From NCBI RefSeq assembly GCF_009914755.1, contig NC_060928.1: DNA of 64,000 bases; one strand, written 5' to 3'. Of this stretch, positions 37,701 to 51,075 are shown one piece after another. The stretch's first letter is position 1. Each line of letters opens with the position of its first letter. The stretch comes from the human T2T-CHM13v2.0 reference genome, Homo sapiens. Position numbers and translations under genes: made by a program. The notes under the pieces were generated by a model, which ran no database searches, was not told the origin of the DNA, and saw nothing but the letters and a program-made list of their open reading frames with translations.

Positions 37701-38054
37701 AGGCTGGCTGAAATTTACTCATGGCAAGTCTGTCTGTATGCTGATTTCAGTTCACCCTCAGGTTTTGGCCGGACTTTAGTGATAGATACAGCTAGCGGTT
37801 CACTTTCAGGAGCAGACATTGAATTCCCTTAGCTCCACAAAACAGTGATCAACCTCTGGGTATTTAACCACACTCCAGCAAAGGAGAAGGAAACCAACAT
37901 GTTAAAGTATTCATTTGTTTGGAGAAAGCTTGTGGTCAATATTTTCAGCAGCCAGACTGGAGGGCTTCCTTTGATAGACTGAACTGAGAAAGGTGGCAGC
38001 TTGCTTGGAAGACAGCAAAGGAAACTGTCATTAATTAATGACATCCTCTTTTCA

Positions 38055-38280
38055 CCAGTGAAAGTACGGCATTTGGAGTCAGACAGATGGAAATTTAATT
38101 TTTATCCCAATCTCCACCTGTGTAACATTGGGAAAGTTAATTAACTTTTCTAAGCCTCCATATTATCTTTACTTATAAAATAGAGATGGTTATCTCTTAC
38201 TAAGAGGGCCATTGTGAAAAATAGGAAATAGAATGAAGTATACCTTATGTATTATCTGTAGCATGTAGTAGTTAGAATAT
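38055..38280 (+). mobile_element. MIR SINE
   Basis: tttggagtcagacagatgg...tgtgtaacattgggaaagttaattaactt. Confidence 0.75.
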
Positions 38281-38491
38281 AGTACCTGAAGGAGCCTAGA
38301 TACAAGACTCTTTATCAGAACAACAGCAGTGGCTATTAGAGAGCTAGACTTTCTCCTAACACTGAATGACCCGAGTCAGCCCATCAGAACATTCTCAATG
38401 CTAGAATCACAGATTCTAGGCAACCCAACTCCCTTCTTTTCCGTACTTCACCACTTTCCTTAACAAAACCATATTACCACGTTAATACTTC

Positions 38492-38867
38492 TCTGTTAGT
38501 CAGTTCTCGCGCTGCTAATAAAGACATACCCAAGAGTGAGTCATTTATAAAGAAAAGAGGTTTAGTTGACTCACAGTTCTTCATGACTGAAGAGGCCTCA
38601 GGAAACTTGCATTCATTGTGGAAGGGGAAGCAAACATGTCCTTCTTCACATGGCAGCAGCAATGAGAGGTGCTGAGCAAAAGTGGGGAAAGCCCCTTATA
38701 AAACCATCTGGTCTCATGAGAATTCACTCACCATCACGAGAACAGCGTGAGGATAACCACCCCAGTGACTCAACCACCCCCAATCGGGTCCCTCCCACGA
38801 CACCTGGGGAAAATGGGAAATACGGTTCAAGATGAGATCTGGGTGAGGACGCAACCAGACCAAGTCA
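38492..38867 (-). mobile_element. THE1C solo LTR
   Basis: Reverse THE1C (gctgctaataaagacatacc...gaggcctcaggaaactt...ggggaaagccccttataaaaccatc); TSD ACTTC / AGTTC, one mismatch. Confidence 0.9.
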
Positions 38868-38912
38868 AGTTCTTAGGGTAATGGTGTAACTTAAGCATGG
38901 GGACTTCATTTT

Positions 38913-39132
<220 letters not shown>

Positions 39133-39689
39133 TAAAGAGACCTCAGCAAATGGCTAACCCCATGTAGCAGCTTTAGAATTTTCCACCTGATAATGACCCT
39201 TCTTGACTTTTCATCCTTGACCTTTTTGACTGTTGCTATGATCTGTCAGACTCCTTAGCATAGTTTATAGAGTCCTCCACACCCCCACCTCCAGGACTTT
39301 GTATACCTGTCCCATCTGCCTGGAGCCCTGATTTCTGCCCAGCTTAGCTCCCATCCCTCAGGCCACAGGTTAACTGCCATGCTTACCACCCTACCAAGCC
39401 TTCACCAACCAACCCTGCACCAGATCGTGGGCCCTGTTGGTGTTTCCATTGCACTGTGTGCTTGTTCTGTCCATCACTCACCACACTGTAAGGTGCTTCT
39501 GGGCTATAAGTCTCAAAATGTAGTGTTTTGTAACTTCTGTATTTAAGAAGGACAATCTACATTTGAGCAAAGAAGGCCTGGTCCTGTTACCCAATTTCTG
39601 GCAGGCACAAACCGAATATTCCATAAACAAGGAGCACATGAATGGGTGTGGCTAGTACTAGCGCTGTGGGCTGTGGGCATATCTGCTGG

Positions 39690-39960
39690 AGGGTGTGGGG
39701 TGGGATGGAGAAAACCCTGTCTGGGAACCAGGCAGACCTGGTTGGAAATATCAGCTCTGCTGCTTCTCAGCTAGGTAACGGCAGACAAGTTAATTCTCAA
39801 AAACTTAGTCTCCTCATCTATAAGATGGGAACAAAAATTTCTCCCTCACAGTGTTGCTGTGAGAATAAATGAAATAAAAACATATGAAAAAGCAAACCCA
39901 ATCACCCTACACAGAGCAAGTGTCTTATCTATGATAGTGGGTCATTTTAAGAATTTAATT
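39690..39960 (+). mobile_element. MIR SINE
   Basis: ggcagacctggttggaaat...cttagtctcctcatctataagatggga...tgtgagaataaatga. Confidence 0.8.
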
Positions 39961-40025
39961 CAATTGAAAGTTCTAAAGGCTGGGCTGCATGGAGTCAACA
40001 CTGTTAGAACTGTGTGTGCATCCAA

Positions 40026-40026
<1 letters not shown>

Positions 40027-40058
<32 letters not shown>
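40027..40058. repeat. (TG)n(AG)n microsatellite
   Basis: Seen directly. Confidence 0.9.
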
Positions 40059-40305
40059 ACACCTGCCTTTGTGAAAGCAGAGGGCAGAATGAATAGGAAT
40101 GCAAGGCAACCAACATGGTGCTGTCTCCTCAAGCAGCCATGGGTGTTTAGAGGCTTTGGTGGATTATTGAACTGTCTCTCACCTACTCCCTCTTGCTGCT
40201 AACGTGTCATTCATGGTCAGGACTTCCTCTCCCCTGGTTTGATCTGAGCCACTCCCGTTGTGCCCTGGGCACTATCACCAATAAGAAAAAAAATCATTTT
40301 TGATA

Positions 40306-40862
40306 TCAGGAGCTAAATAATCTGTATACATAGATATAGATAGTGGAATAATAGACACTGGAGACTCAAAAAAGTGAGAAGGTAGGTGGAGGGGTGAAGG
40401 ATGAGAAATGACCTAATGGGAACAAGGTACACTATTTGAGTGATGGCTGCACGAAAATCCCAGAATTCACCACCATGCAATCAATCCAGGTAAAAAACAA
40501 ACCAACAGGCTGGGTGTGATGGCTCACGCCTGTAATCCCAGCACTTTGGGAGGCCGAGGCAGGCGGATCACAAGGTCAGGAGATCGAGACCATCCTGGCT
40601 AACACGGTAAAACCCCGTCTCTACTAAAAATACAAAAAATTAGCCGGGCAGGGTGGCAGGTGCCTGTAGTCCCAGCTACTCAGGAGGCTGAGGCAGGAGG
40701 ATGGCATGAACCCGGGAGGCTGAGCTTTCAGTGAGCCGAGATGGAGGCACTGCACTCCAGCCTGGGCGACAGAGCAAGACTCCGTCTCAAAACAAACAAA
40801 CAAACAAACAAACCCTGCACTTGTACTTCCTAAATCTATAAAAAATCAAAATAAAAAATAAG
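40306..40862 (+). mobile_element. L1PB3/4-like 3' end, interrupted by AluY
   Basis: ggagctaaataatctgtatacatag...tggaataatagacactggagactc...ctgcacttgtacttcctaaatctataaaaaa. Confidence 0.8.
40508..40812 (+). mobile_element. AluY with (CAAA)n tail
   Basis: ggatcacaaggtcaggagatcgagaccatcctggctaacacgg and atggcatgaacccgggagg Y diagnostics. Confidence 0.95.
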
Positions 40863-42304
40863 TCAAATCCATACCTGTACAAAGCAAGTTTTCTTCCTGT
40901 TCCCTTAATTTCTTTGGACCTTAGTTACCTCCCGTAAAGAAAATAGGAATGGTAACACCTGACTAAGGTAATTTATTTGATTCTTTCTGAGAACAAAAGA
41001 AGATAACCTAAAAGAAAGAAATAACTGTGTTCCGTTACGCTTCTGTTAGGTTTACCTAGCTGGGTTGTCTAACCTCTTAATTCATCTGCAAAACACAGAG
41101 GGGCTTTCTTCATGGGGTTGTTACATTGATCAAATGAGAAAAAAATGATCTTAAAATATGACATACACAGTGTTAACCTAAAATATGAATGGTGCTATCA
41201 TTGCCACCCTGTCTCAGAGAACGGAGATCCCTAAATCTAGTCCTAAATAGAATATTCTCAAAATAAAGTTAAGATCTGGAGAAATTGAGTGTGGTCTCAA
41301 GCCTCAGGTCTGAAAGTGCTCTGATGTGCACAGAAGAAAGAGGCATATCCCGTGTTCTCTCCAAAATGCTTTTTGCCTCATTTTTTGCAGGTCTTTTGTT
41401 AGAGCTTAAACCTTCAAACTTTGGGTAAATGGTAAGCACTTTTTTTTTGTTCTTTTCTTAAAGTCATGAATGCTCTTCAAGCAAAAATTATTAGTTTAAC
41501 ACCATTTTCTTGGCACCAAATTGCAGTTTAATGACAGATCTAGGGTAGGGCTCTGCTAGTTTCATGGCAAAGAGATCTGGACTGCATTTCTAACAGAATA
41601 TAATAAAAATGGCAAGTGCCATCCCTCAGGTTGCAAAATAGACTGTTAGGTGTCAGCTCACCTGCTCATTTTCAATTGAGGGAGACACCAGATATTAATT
41701 TCAATCTATTAAGTGCCTGTGACTATTGGGTCCTTGTCATGTTGACATTGTCTATCCCTCTATGCCTTGGATTAGAGGAAGTGAAACTGACTTGCAGTGA
41801 ACTATATCTAAGTCCCCCCACATTCTGGCTGTGGGCCCTTTAGGCACCAGCCCTGTAGCCCTCTTTCCTGATCTGCATAAATGTGCATAAAATTATTAAC
41901 CTGGCCACTGTAAAAATCCCGCCCCAAGATAAATACACCATTAATATTCATTACTTTTCTACTTGCTTCTGGGTACCTGGCGTTTCTTCCTGAAGCATTC
42001 CCAGCTGCCTGTTCTCTCCTGAGGACCCTCCGAGGAGTATGCAATGCATCCATCCTCCAGGAGCTGAGGCATTTAGTTCCTAATTTCCACTCCTCAATCC
42101 TCATTGGATGGGAGTGTCCTTGGGAGTGTTAGAGCCCCCTTAGGGTGCTCTGAAGGTGGATTGAACAAGCACCCGCCCTGGGAAAAGCCGATAGGCAGAC
42201 ACTGCAGAGATGCTGAAGTGTGAGGAAGGGTGCTGTTAGCCATCAAGAAGAGAAGACAGCACTGGGCAGAGGATGTAGGGCAGGATATCCATAGCCTCTG
42301 TCTG

Positions 42305-42619
42305 TTGCATTGTACACCTAGAATTAAAGTTGTTAGGCTGTGCTGTACATCTAGAGTTAGAGTTGGGAGGCTGCACTGTCCACCTAGAGTTAGAGTTGAG
42401 AGGCTGTGTTGTATACCTAGAGTTGGGAGTTGCATTGTACACCTAGAGTTAGAATTGGGAGGTTGCATAGTAACCTAGAGTTGGGGGTTGTGTTGTGCGC
42501 CTGCAGTTAGAGTTGGGAAGTTTTGTTGTACACCTAGAGTTAGAGTAAGGAGGTTGCATTGTATACCTAGAGTTAGAGTTGGGAAGTTGCATCATATACC
42601 TAGACTTAGAATTGGATGG
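42305..42619. repeat. 33-bp minisatellite, ~10 units (TTGCATTGTACACCTAGAGTTAGAGTTGGGAGG)
   Basis: Units aligned by eye; two short units lack an internal AGAGTT; explains ORFs with an 11-aa repeat (LHCTPRVRVGR). Confidence 0.95.
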
Positions 42620-43049
42620 AATCAGGTGTTAGCAGAAGCAACAAATACAGAACAGAGAGTACTGGGCATAATCCTGAGAGGCAGTAAGGGAGCAGACAAA
42701 GGGAAATATGAGTTAGACTGAGTGGTCTAGGTGGAGAAGCATAGATGGATCTATAAATGTCCCTGCTGAGATTGTTCAAACCCCCTTGGACCCAGACACA
42801 TGCTCCATCTGCAGTGTCTATGAGGCAAATTACAACTCTTCTCTATGGTTTCTGCAAGACTCAGTCTTCTCCTCCAACTTAGATTCATCCTTAAATTATC
42901 CAACCCTTTATTCCCTAAGCTGGCTTGAGTGACTCTGTCCCTTACCACCAAGAGAGCCCAACCAAAACATTCCTTAAGCCCACAATCCAACCTCATCTAA
43001 ACCAGAGCTCTAGGGTCTGTCATAGATGTTGGTCAGTGTTCTGTCTGTC

Positions 43050-43310
43050 TGGCAACATGGTAAGGACGTTAAAAAATGTAGGCCCAGGAATAAGACTACT
43101 TGAGCTTAACTCTCAGCTCCTCCACTTATTTGCTGTGCTACCATGGCAAATTACTTAATATCTCCATGCCTTAGTTTTTCTTATCTCTAAAATGAGATAA
43201 CAATAACACCTACCTTATTATATTGTCCTAAAAATGTAATACGTTAATACAAGATGTGTTGGGAACACTAACTGGCTCAGAGTAAGTGCTTAGTAAGCAT
43301 TAGCTGGTTT
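43050..43310 (+). mobile_element. MIR SINE, near full length
   Basis: ggcaacatggtaaggacgttaaaaaatgtaggc...ccacttatttgctgtgctaccatggcaaattacttaatatctccatgccttagttt. Confidence 0.85.
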
Positions 43311-45398
43311 TGTCATTTGACTTGATTGCAACTTTGACCCTCCTCTTGCTGCTCACATCTTCAGAGATAGGCGCAATGGGTTCAGTGCAGCAAAGTGGTA
43401 AAGTGTGACCAAATGTCATTGAGCATGCACCCAGAAGGGAGGCCTGCTGAGTGCACAGCAGTGAGCAAAGCCCCCTAACAGTGGGTCCTGGCCTGCGTGA
43501 ATGACCAGCGCCAATCCCTGCCGCATACTCCAAGTCAAGCACAGCTTGATATTGTTCCAAGCCCTTACTACAAAAAAAGATTGAGATTGCTACTCTAACT
43601 TTTATTAATATCTCAATAGATAGGAGGGGAAATTGAAGATTAGGTGAGTTGATCTGGAAAACTAATGTTGTCCCATGATTTAATGTTTCAAGTATAATCC
43701 AGAGAACAAACTAAGCAGTAAGAGCCCCACCTTGACAGAGGTTTCCTAACAGGGACTCTTGTTTTGTTCGGACTCTCAGAATTTCTTAGCGCATAAACTA
43801 GGGCCAGCCATACAAAGACATAATCGTTCTCTGCTTTGAGACATTGTACTTATCCCAAGCTGGGAGTTTAGCTAGGTCTCTGAACTTGAGCATGTTAGAG
43901 ATGGCTCTAAGAGTTTTCTAGTAAGAACCCCTAGTAGTCACTGTATGAAGCAGAGGTACTGTTGGGGCTGACACCTCTAGTAAGTGGGAACTGGCTGGTG
44001 TTGCACCACCATGCCCAGGGTCAGTGTCATATGAAGCCATTACAAATTTCTAGTCTCTGCATATAGCCTGCACTGCACCCTAAGTTCAGTGACATTCCCA
44101 AGACTCAACTCCTGCTGCTTCTCAGGGCTGATGCTGGCTCCGTCTCCTCTGTTTGGCCCACCAGTCTATGACCCCTGAAGGCTGGAAAAGATCTAAGTTG
44201 GAGAAGTATTTGGTGCTCAAAAAATTAACAAATATGATCGAACTCCTTCTTACTTGGGGGCACTCACATATGCTGCGATTCCATGCCTCATCTGAAACAC
44301 TCTTTCAATACAGTGTGGCCTATTAAAGTTATTTCTTCTTTAGCTCCCAGCAAATATGTCATCTCAGAAGTGTAGTCCCAGGCTGAACAATTCACCAAGC
44401 CTCCTTGTTGTACTACGATGTTAACCTCTGTAGCAAATCATGATGGTGATTCATTAAGTTAATTGAGTGATTATAATTTTAATATATATCCTCTCACCAT
44501 TTCTCCCCTCCCAACTATAATCTTTATTATGGCCAGAAACATATCATTTTTGTGCATCATAGCATCTTAAGCGTCCAAAAGAGTGGCTGAAACATAGAAG
44601 AGCTCAAAAATATTTGCTGAAAGAATGAACAAATAAAAAGACTGTATACAATAAATATGTTTACTGCAGCAGCACCATAAAAGGTTGAAAAGCCAATAAA
44701 AAGACTGAAAAACCAATAGTTGGTTTTTATGGATTTCCAAGGTTGGTCAAAAAACCCCTGAAGGAGAAATGGTTTAGGAAATACACAAGAGCTCTCCAAT
44801 CATCTTTGTTAAATGGCATCCATTTAGACAGACAATTATCTTCCCTTGTTCTTTTTTCCCTAAACAGGTTTCTAAAAGGAGTTCCATTTCCAAAGATATT
44901 TGCCAATTTTATAGTCGGATTTTTTTTTTTCTAGAGCTGATTAGTGAATGCTTACTTTAAAAATAAGTGATTCAAATGGAGGTAGTTTTATCCCACTAAA
45001 GTACTTGTTTACTGTGGTATTTTGCTTAATTGCATTGAGAAAAATAGAGTCCTTTATCATTAAATAAATTGAAATGATGAACCCATCAGTGTCCTATGGA
45101 TACTGATTACAGTAAATGCACCAGCAAGCTTTCTGAGATATGACTCAAGCTCATCATTGTTTTCTTTATTATTTTGTTTTAGTGTAACTGGAACTAAGCT
45201 GTCCACTCCCCCACATACATGTGATGTTTTGAATCACTGTCCATGTTAGTTCCAGATATTAACTGCAGTGCTCATGCGACATGTGAATGGGGTGGGGGCT
45301 GAGGGTTTGTCTGTAAAAAGAGGTTCACAATCCAAAATGATCTTCTTTAGGGAATACAAAGTATATTTTCGTGCACATGTTTGGCATTACATAGAAAC

Positions 45399-45919
45399 TG
45401 TTACAGGCAAGCGGTCCCGATTCAGACCCCAAGGGAGGGTTCTTGGTTCTCAAGCAAGAAAGAATTCAAGGCAAGTCTGCAGTGCACAGCAAAAGCAAGT
45501 TTATTAAGAACGTAGAGTGGAGAAAGAACAGCTACTCCATAGACAGAGTAGGGCATTCCCAAAAGTAAGAGGAGGAATGCATTCACCCTAGGTACAATGC
45601 TTGTATATATGGGGAGATGTGTTCTGCTACAAGGGTTTGTGACAAAGGATTGATTTTCTTAATTACTATATTTTGCAAGAATTGATAGTATTATCTTTAA
45701 AGCATAATTAGGAATGCCTTTGTTCTCCAGATGTTGGGATATCTGGACACTCCCAAGTCTGAGTCTGTTTTAGTAAACATTACTAATTTGTTCCCTTAAC
45801 CGTAAACATCTAGAGGCTAGGAATGCCTGACTTTTTGGGAATGCAGCCCAACAAGTCTCAGCCTCATTTTCCCAGCCCTCACTCAAAATGGAGTCTCTCT
45901 GGCTCAAATGCCTCTGACA
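45399..45919 (-). mobile_element. MER41C/D-like ERV1 solo LTR
   Basis: Minus strand starts TGTCAGAGGCATTTGAGCCAGAG...GAAAATGAGGCTGAGACTTGTTGGGCTGCATTCCC; perfect 4-bp TSD AAAC at 45395-45398 and 45920-45923. Confidence 0.9.
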
Positions 45920-46267
45920 AAACTGCCTAACTCAAGCACATAGATGTTTCTTTCATGTCACTTATGTTACTCTGAGAGACTTGCATTCATAGATTTTCAC
46001 TAAATTAGGCTAGTGATTTCCAACTGGTGTTTTATCTGAAGTATTATCTTATTTTCTCTTTTGACAGGCTTACTGATAAAGCAATGAATTAAGTGAAAAC
46101 TATTGATTTATGCCTTTTGCTCCTTTGTTCATCTATTTATTCAAATATTTGTTCATTGAGTCAACAAAACGTTATTTAAAATCTACAGCCTGTCAGGAAT
46201 GGTGTTGCACTCACAAAAACCCTGAATGACATGATGGTATTTTAACTGCAATGCTGGTCCCATTGTT

Positions 46268-46795
46268 TGCTGCTTACAGAGTTCAATTAATAATAACAAG
46301 GTCTGGTATTAATATAAAGAAAATGACTGTTTATTCCAAAACTAGCTTAGAGGAAGAAGTACAGCCTCTTGCATTAAGAGTACCACTTCACTTTTGGGGC
46401 AGAAAGGAGGCATTTTTTAAAGGGGGGTTAACATGAGTAGCACGTTGAGGGAGGGGAAAGCAAGGAGGTGGTGGGGAGCACGTGTTAGCTTGGTGCCTTA
46501 TCTAGTGGGTGGTCAAGGTGGTTACTGTTGGTGTCTCTGTGGGTGAGCATACTTTAGGTTGTAAATCAATTGTTATCTCTTCAGACAACTTCCTGGTGGG
46601 TGAGAGTTACTTTCTGGAGCCCCAAAGAACATAGTTAGATCAACTTGCCCTGTAGGGAGTGTCTGGTGAGGGGGGAGTTCAAAGCTATATTTGCATTTCT
46701 AAAAGGCTAAGTAGGAAGTGAGGAAATGAGAAAAAGAGAAAAGAAGAGAGAGGGAGAAAAAATAACTCTCAGAGAAGTGGGGGTTCTTGGTTACA
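46268..46795 (-). mobile_element. MER67-like ERV1 solo LTR
   Basis: Minus strand TGTAACCAAGAACCCCC...CACTTCCTACTTAGCCTTTTAGAAATGCAAATATAGC...CACCAGACACTCCCTACAGGGCAAG; left boundary approximate. Confidence 0.7.
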
Positions 46796-49374
46796 GTATT
46801 ATAGCTCAACATGCAATCCATTGCACGTGGGTAACCTGGCTGCATCATTTTTTCATAGAGTCTGCAGACACTGGAGTCACTAAAGGATTGGTCCCTGCCT
46901 TTGTGCATCTCTTTTCTTTTATCAAAGCCTGCAATGAGGATGCAGAGATAAATAAGCTAGAGGGTCTGACTTCAGTTAGGAAAGACAAGTTGTGGCATGC
47001 GTTAAAATGGGGCTATGTGTAGGTGTGTGTGCTTGAGTACAAATAAAGGTAGAAGTCCCCAGGCTGAAAGTGTGGGGCTGGAAGAGGAAAGTGTCAGGAA
47101 AGCTGAGCGTTGACAGGTGAGCATGAGTGAACATGAGGAAGGGGAGGAGAAAGAGGACTCAAGGCAGGGGATTTCAGTAAGATTTTTACAAAGCATTTAC
47201 TGAGAATTAAAAAGCAACAAGAGAATATTTCTGGAATTGGGGATAGGCATATTTTTTTAGTCAAACAAGACATGGCCCTGTGCAAGACACAGCATCCTCC
47301 TGCCTCCTTTCTTTTCATTCCTCCTGATTCTCTCTCTCTTCTTCTATGTGGCCTCCTATGCTGGGCTTCTTTGTCGCAATGGTACCCATTCAAGGAGGGT
47401 GCCTGTAGCAAACATTCCATGACTGTGTCTTTTCAGCCAGTGTAATCCCCAGCTGAAGCCCTTGCCAGCCATCTGCTGAACTTGGCCAGCTGTGCAGACT
47501 CAGCACCTCTGGTGGAAGGTGGTGGTGAGTCTTTTGCAAACAGGAAGCACCAGGGCTAATTCTGCTGACGCTGCAGGATGAGAAAGGTGAACAGGCAGTC
47601 ACTGTTTTTAAGCTGACAGCTGGAAATAAAAAGGCAATGAGATCAAATGTTCACTGGGATAGAGCATCTTGATGGGAATGTTGAAATTGTATCAACTTAA
47701 TGAGGAGGAGGTGGTGGCTTTAGTCTTACTGTGTTTTTGAACACCATTCATAGCCTGATAAAACCTCAATGGTTGACTTAACAGATATTAAGGAAGGAGA
47801 TAAGGCCTCCAGGAAGCCTCCTGTGCTTACTCTCTGCATATAACATCACTTTATCAGCACCAACTCACTTGTAAGTCAAAATCTGAAATTCAGGAGCAGA
47901 AGATTCTTTTTCAGACAGATTAATACCATAGGACCCAATTAACTGGGGACAGACAGAAACGGGGAGATAAAATAGTGTATAATGAGATCATCAGGGGTAT
48001 GCAAATGAAATCCCACAGTCTGGTAACATTGTGAAGGAAAAGATATTTATACGAATCATTATATTTGTATGTGGATTATCAAAGAGCTGCCTCAGTCCTG
48101 CACCCTGCGAAACCACCCTCCAGGCTGCAGAGAACTCCAGGCTTAGTTAGATCCTGGTGTCAGAGTTGCTTCATCCAGGAAGCCCCGGGGTGAATGCATC
48201 ACATTTTAGAAGGCTGGAGCTGCACCCAGTCTCTGGGAAACATATCAGAATTCTCAGCATTGTATCCCTACCTCCTGCAACTTTTATTTTGCATGATGTT
48301 GCAGAAAAAGGTAACAAAAGGGAATTAAAAAAACAGTAATTTTTATGAATGTAAAACTTGCTGAACAATGCATTTCACGTATCTCCTTTAATTTTCTTTA
48401 CGTTCTTTCGAGAGGCGATTGTTCTCCTTTTTACAAGTCAGGACCCCAAGGCTGAGGGGAACTAAATAGTTTGTTTAAGGCTGCACAGTGTGAACCCAGA
48501 GAGTCATGGGGAAGCATTTCAGAAATACTTGAAGCAATCTGCATGACCCTGCACTGTATGATGGGCGTGAGTATCCTACTGAAAGGCAGGCATGTTGCAG
48601 GTGCTAGCAAAGGGTGTGTAGTTTGCCTCTTCCCAGGTCCTGGAGCCTCTATGGGATCCTCTTCCAAGTTCCTGGCTTCTTGATCTCTGGTAGACATGAC
48701 TTTTGCCTTTTTGTTCAAGCCCCTTCAGGGCTTACACATAGGTGTTGTCCTTTTCAACTTTCTCCCCCTAGAAACCTGCCCTCAGGTGCTTCTAAGATGG
48801 GAGGAAAATGCAGAGGCCATAAGCCTTCTAGAGAGATTCAGATTCATTTCAGCATTTCTCTGTAAAATTACCCCATCCAGTCAGTGTCTGACCTCAGACT
48901 CCAATTCATTCTCTGTACCTTCAATATTGTCAGTTTAAAAAGAATTTGTTGCCAATTCCAAATGCTTTTTAAAATTATATTCCCCCATCCCTCCTAATTA
49001 CTAAGGTTAAGCTTTTATTGTTTTCTTCATTCTGGTTTGACAACTCCAGCCTGATGGCTCAGATCCAGGCTGACGTCATTCATGCCTCTACCCTACCTCA
49101 TTACCTGTCACAGACAAGAGACTTTGGGTTCCTGGGTGCATCTCTGATTTGAAGAGATATTTCTTATCAAACCATTGTCCTGTCACCCTTATGAGCCCAC
49201 CCTTCCCAGCAAATAGAAACAATACGTGTTTCCAATTTAAGATTCTCTTGGACTCTCCCACCCCTCAATAGCCCAGGAATAATTAAGAGAAAGGCAATAT
49301 GGAGATTGGGTTAGCTTAGCTTACTGTTAAGTTTTTTCCCTGATAAAACATTTGCAAAAGCAGTTTCATTAGCA

Positions 49375-49905
49375 CATTTCAACTGTACAATACAACATTA
49401 TTAGCTATAGTGACCATTCTGTATATTCTCCAGAACTTACTAATCTTACAACTGAAACTTTGCACCCTTTGACCCAACATCTTCCCATCTTTCTCCTTCC
49501 TGCAGCCCTTGGTAACCACCATTCAACCCTCTGCTTCTACGAGTTTAGTATTTGTAGACTCCATATATAAGGGAGAGCATGCAGGATTTGTCTTTCTGTG
49601 CCTGGCTTATCTCACTTGGTGTAATGTCCTTCAGGTTCATTCATGTTGTTGCAAAGGCAGAATTTCCTTCTTTTTAAAGGCTGAACAGTGTTCCATTATG
49701 TATATGTACCACAGTTTTTAATCCATTTATTTATTGATGCACACTTAAACTGATTCTATATCTTGTTTATTTTGAATAATGCTGCAATAAACATGGGAGT
49801 CCAGATATCTTTTCAAGATAACGGATTGCATTTCCTTTGAATATATACGCAGTAGTAGGATTGCTGGATCAGTAATTCTCTTTTTGTTTTTTAAAGGAAA
49901 CTTGA
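49375..49905 (-). mobile_element. L1MA8/9-like 3' end
   Basis: caactgaaactttgcaccctttgacc...cccttggtaaccaccattc...cttatctcacttggtgtaatgtccttcaggttcattcatgttgttgcaaa. Confidence 0.85.
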
Positions 49906-50362
49906 AGTAGAACTTTCAATTCACTGCAAGATTCTGGGATAGGAGATAATTTGTGGCCGTTTCTCTTCACTGTGGCTTAGTATCCAGATTATCTCAGAAA
50001 TATAGGAGGGCCAATGAGTGCTCAAGGGCACAATTCTCCAATTTTGTTTTCAATCACTTATTTTACGTGATACGTTGTCCACTTGCTTAGGATTTCAAGC
50101 CCCCCCTTGTATATCAGGAAAGCTTCTATGTGTGATTTATATCAGAGAATTTCAATCATGAGCCATTATAAGAACTGTCAAAACCCACTGCAAATGCTGC
50201 TTTCCATTCAGTTCCCATAGCATTTTGTATGCATCTATTCCCAAGTCTTTACATCAGCACAATCCACTCCTGATCCACTGGCCATTGGCCACTGAGGGTT
50301 CAGGTCCATTCATAACATTGGCCAAATCCCTGGCTTGAATCCCTCATTTTTGTTATACCATA

Positions 50363-50724
50363 TGCTATGTTCTGAATGTTTGTGCCCCTTTATAATTCAT
50401 ACATTGAAACTCTACACCCAATGTGGTAGTATTAGGAAGTTGGGCCTTTGGGAGGTGATGAGGTCATGAGAATGGAGCCCTCATACATAGGATTAGTGAC
50501 CTCATAATAGAGGCCCTGGGAAGCTCATTTGTCCCTTCCACTATATGAAGACACAGTGAGGGGACACAATCTATGATCCAGAGAGAGGACCTTCACCACA
50601 TAGTCGACCTACTGATGCCTTGATCTTGGACTTCCCAGCTTCCAGAACTGTGAAAATACATTTCTGTTGTTTTTAAGCCACCATCTATGGTGTTTTGTTA
50701 TAGCAGCTCAGATGGACTAAGGCA
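50363..50724 (+). mobile_element. MLT1A0-like MaLR LTR
   Basis: tgctatgttctgaatgtttgtgcc...gggcctttgggaggtgatgaggtcatgag...ttgttatagcagctcagatggactaaggca. Confidence 0.85.
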
Positions 50725-51075
50725 CTCTATTTATGGCTTTTTAATTTCATTTACACATAATGTCTAATATTTGGTCCCCAGATTTTACTTTCACTGAGGC
50801 TCAGGAATATGCTTGGATTTATATAACTTCTTGCCTTTAGCCTGAAGAACTTTGGTTGTCTAAAGTAGACTCTGCATTCCTAAGGATTCAGCTTAACTCT
50901 CAACCTCAGTGCTCCTCCAAGCCAGCCAAATTGTGTGCTTTCTGCAACCAATCTGTGTCAGGTGGAGGGCCTCATATAAATAGGAGGTCATCAAATATTT
51001 TATTGTATTTCATTTCCATAGGACAGCCTTCCAAACAAGTACAATACATAAATCTAGAAAACATGGGTTTTTTGG

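Noticed and set aside
42094-42721. Repetitive ORFs on both strands
   Set aside because: Caused by the 33-bp minisatellite
49071-49078. Isolated CRE TGACGTCA; scattered AP-1 and octamer sites
   Set aside because: Short motifs expected by chance, with no supporting context
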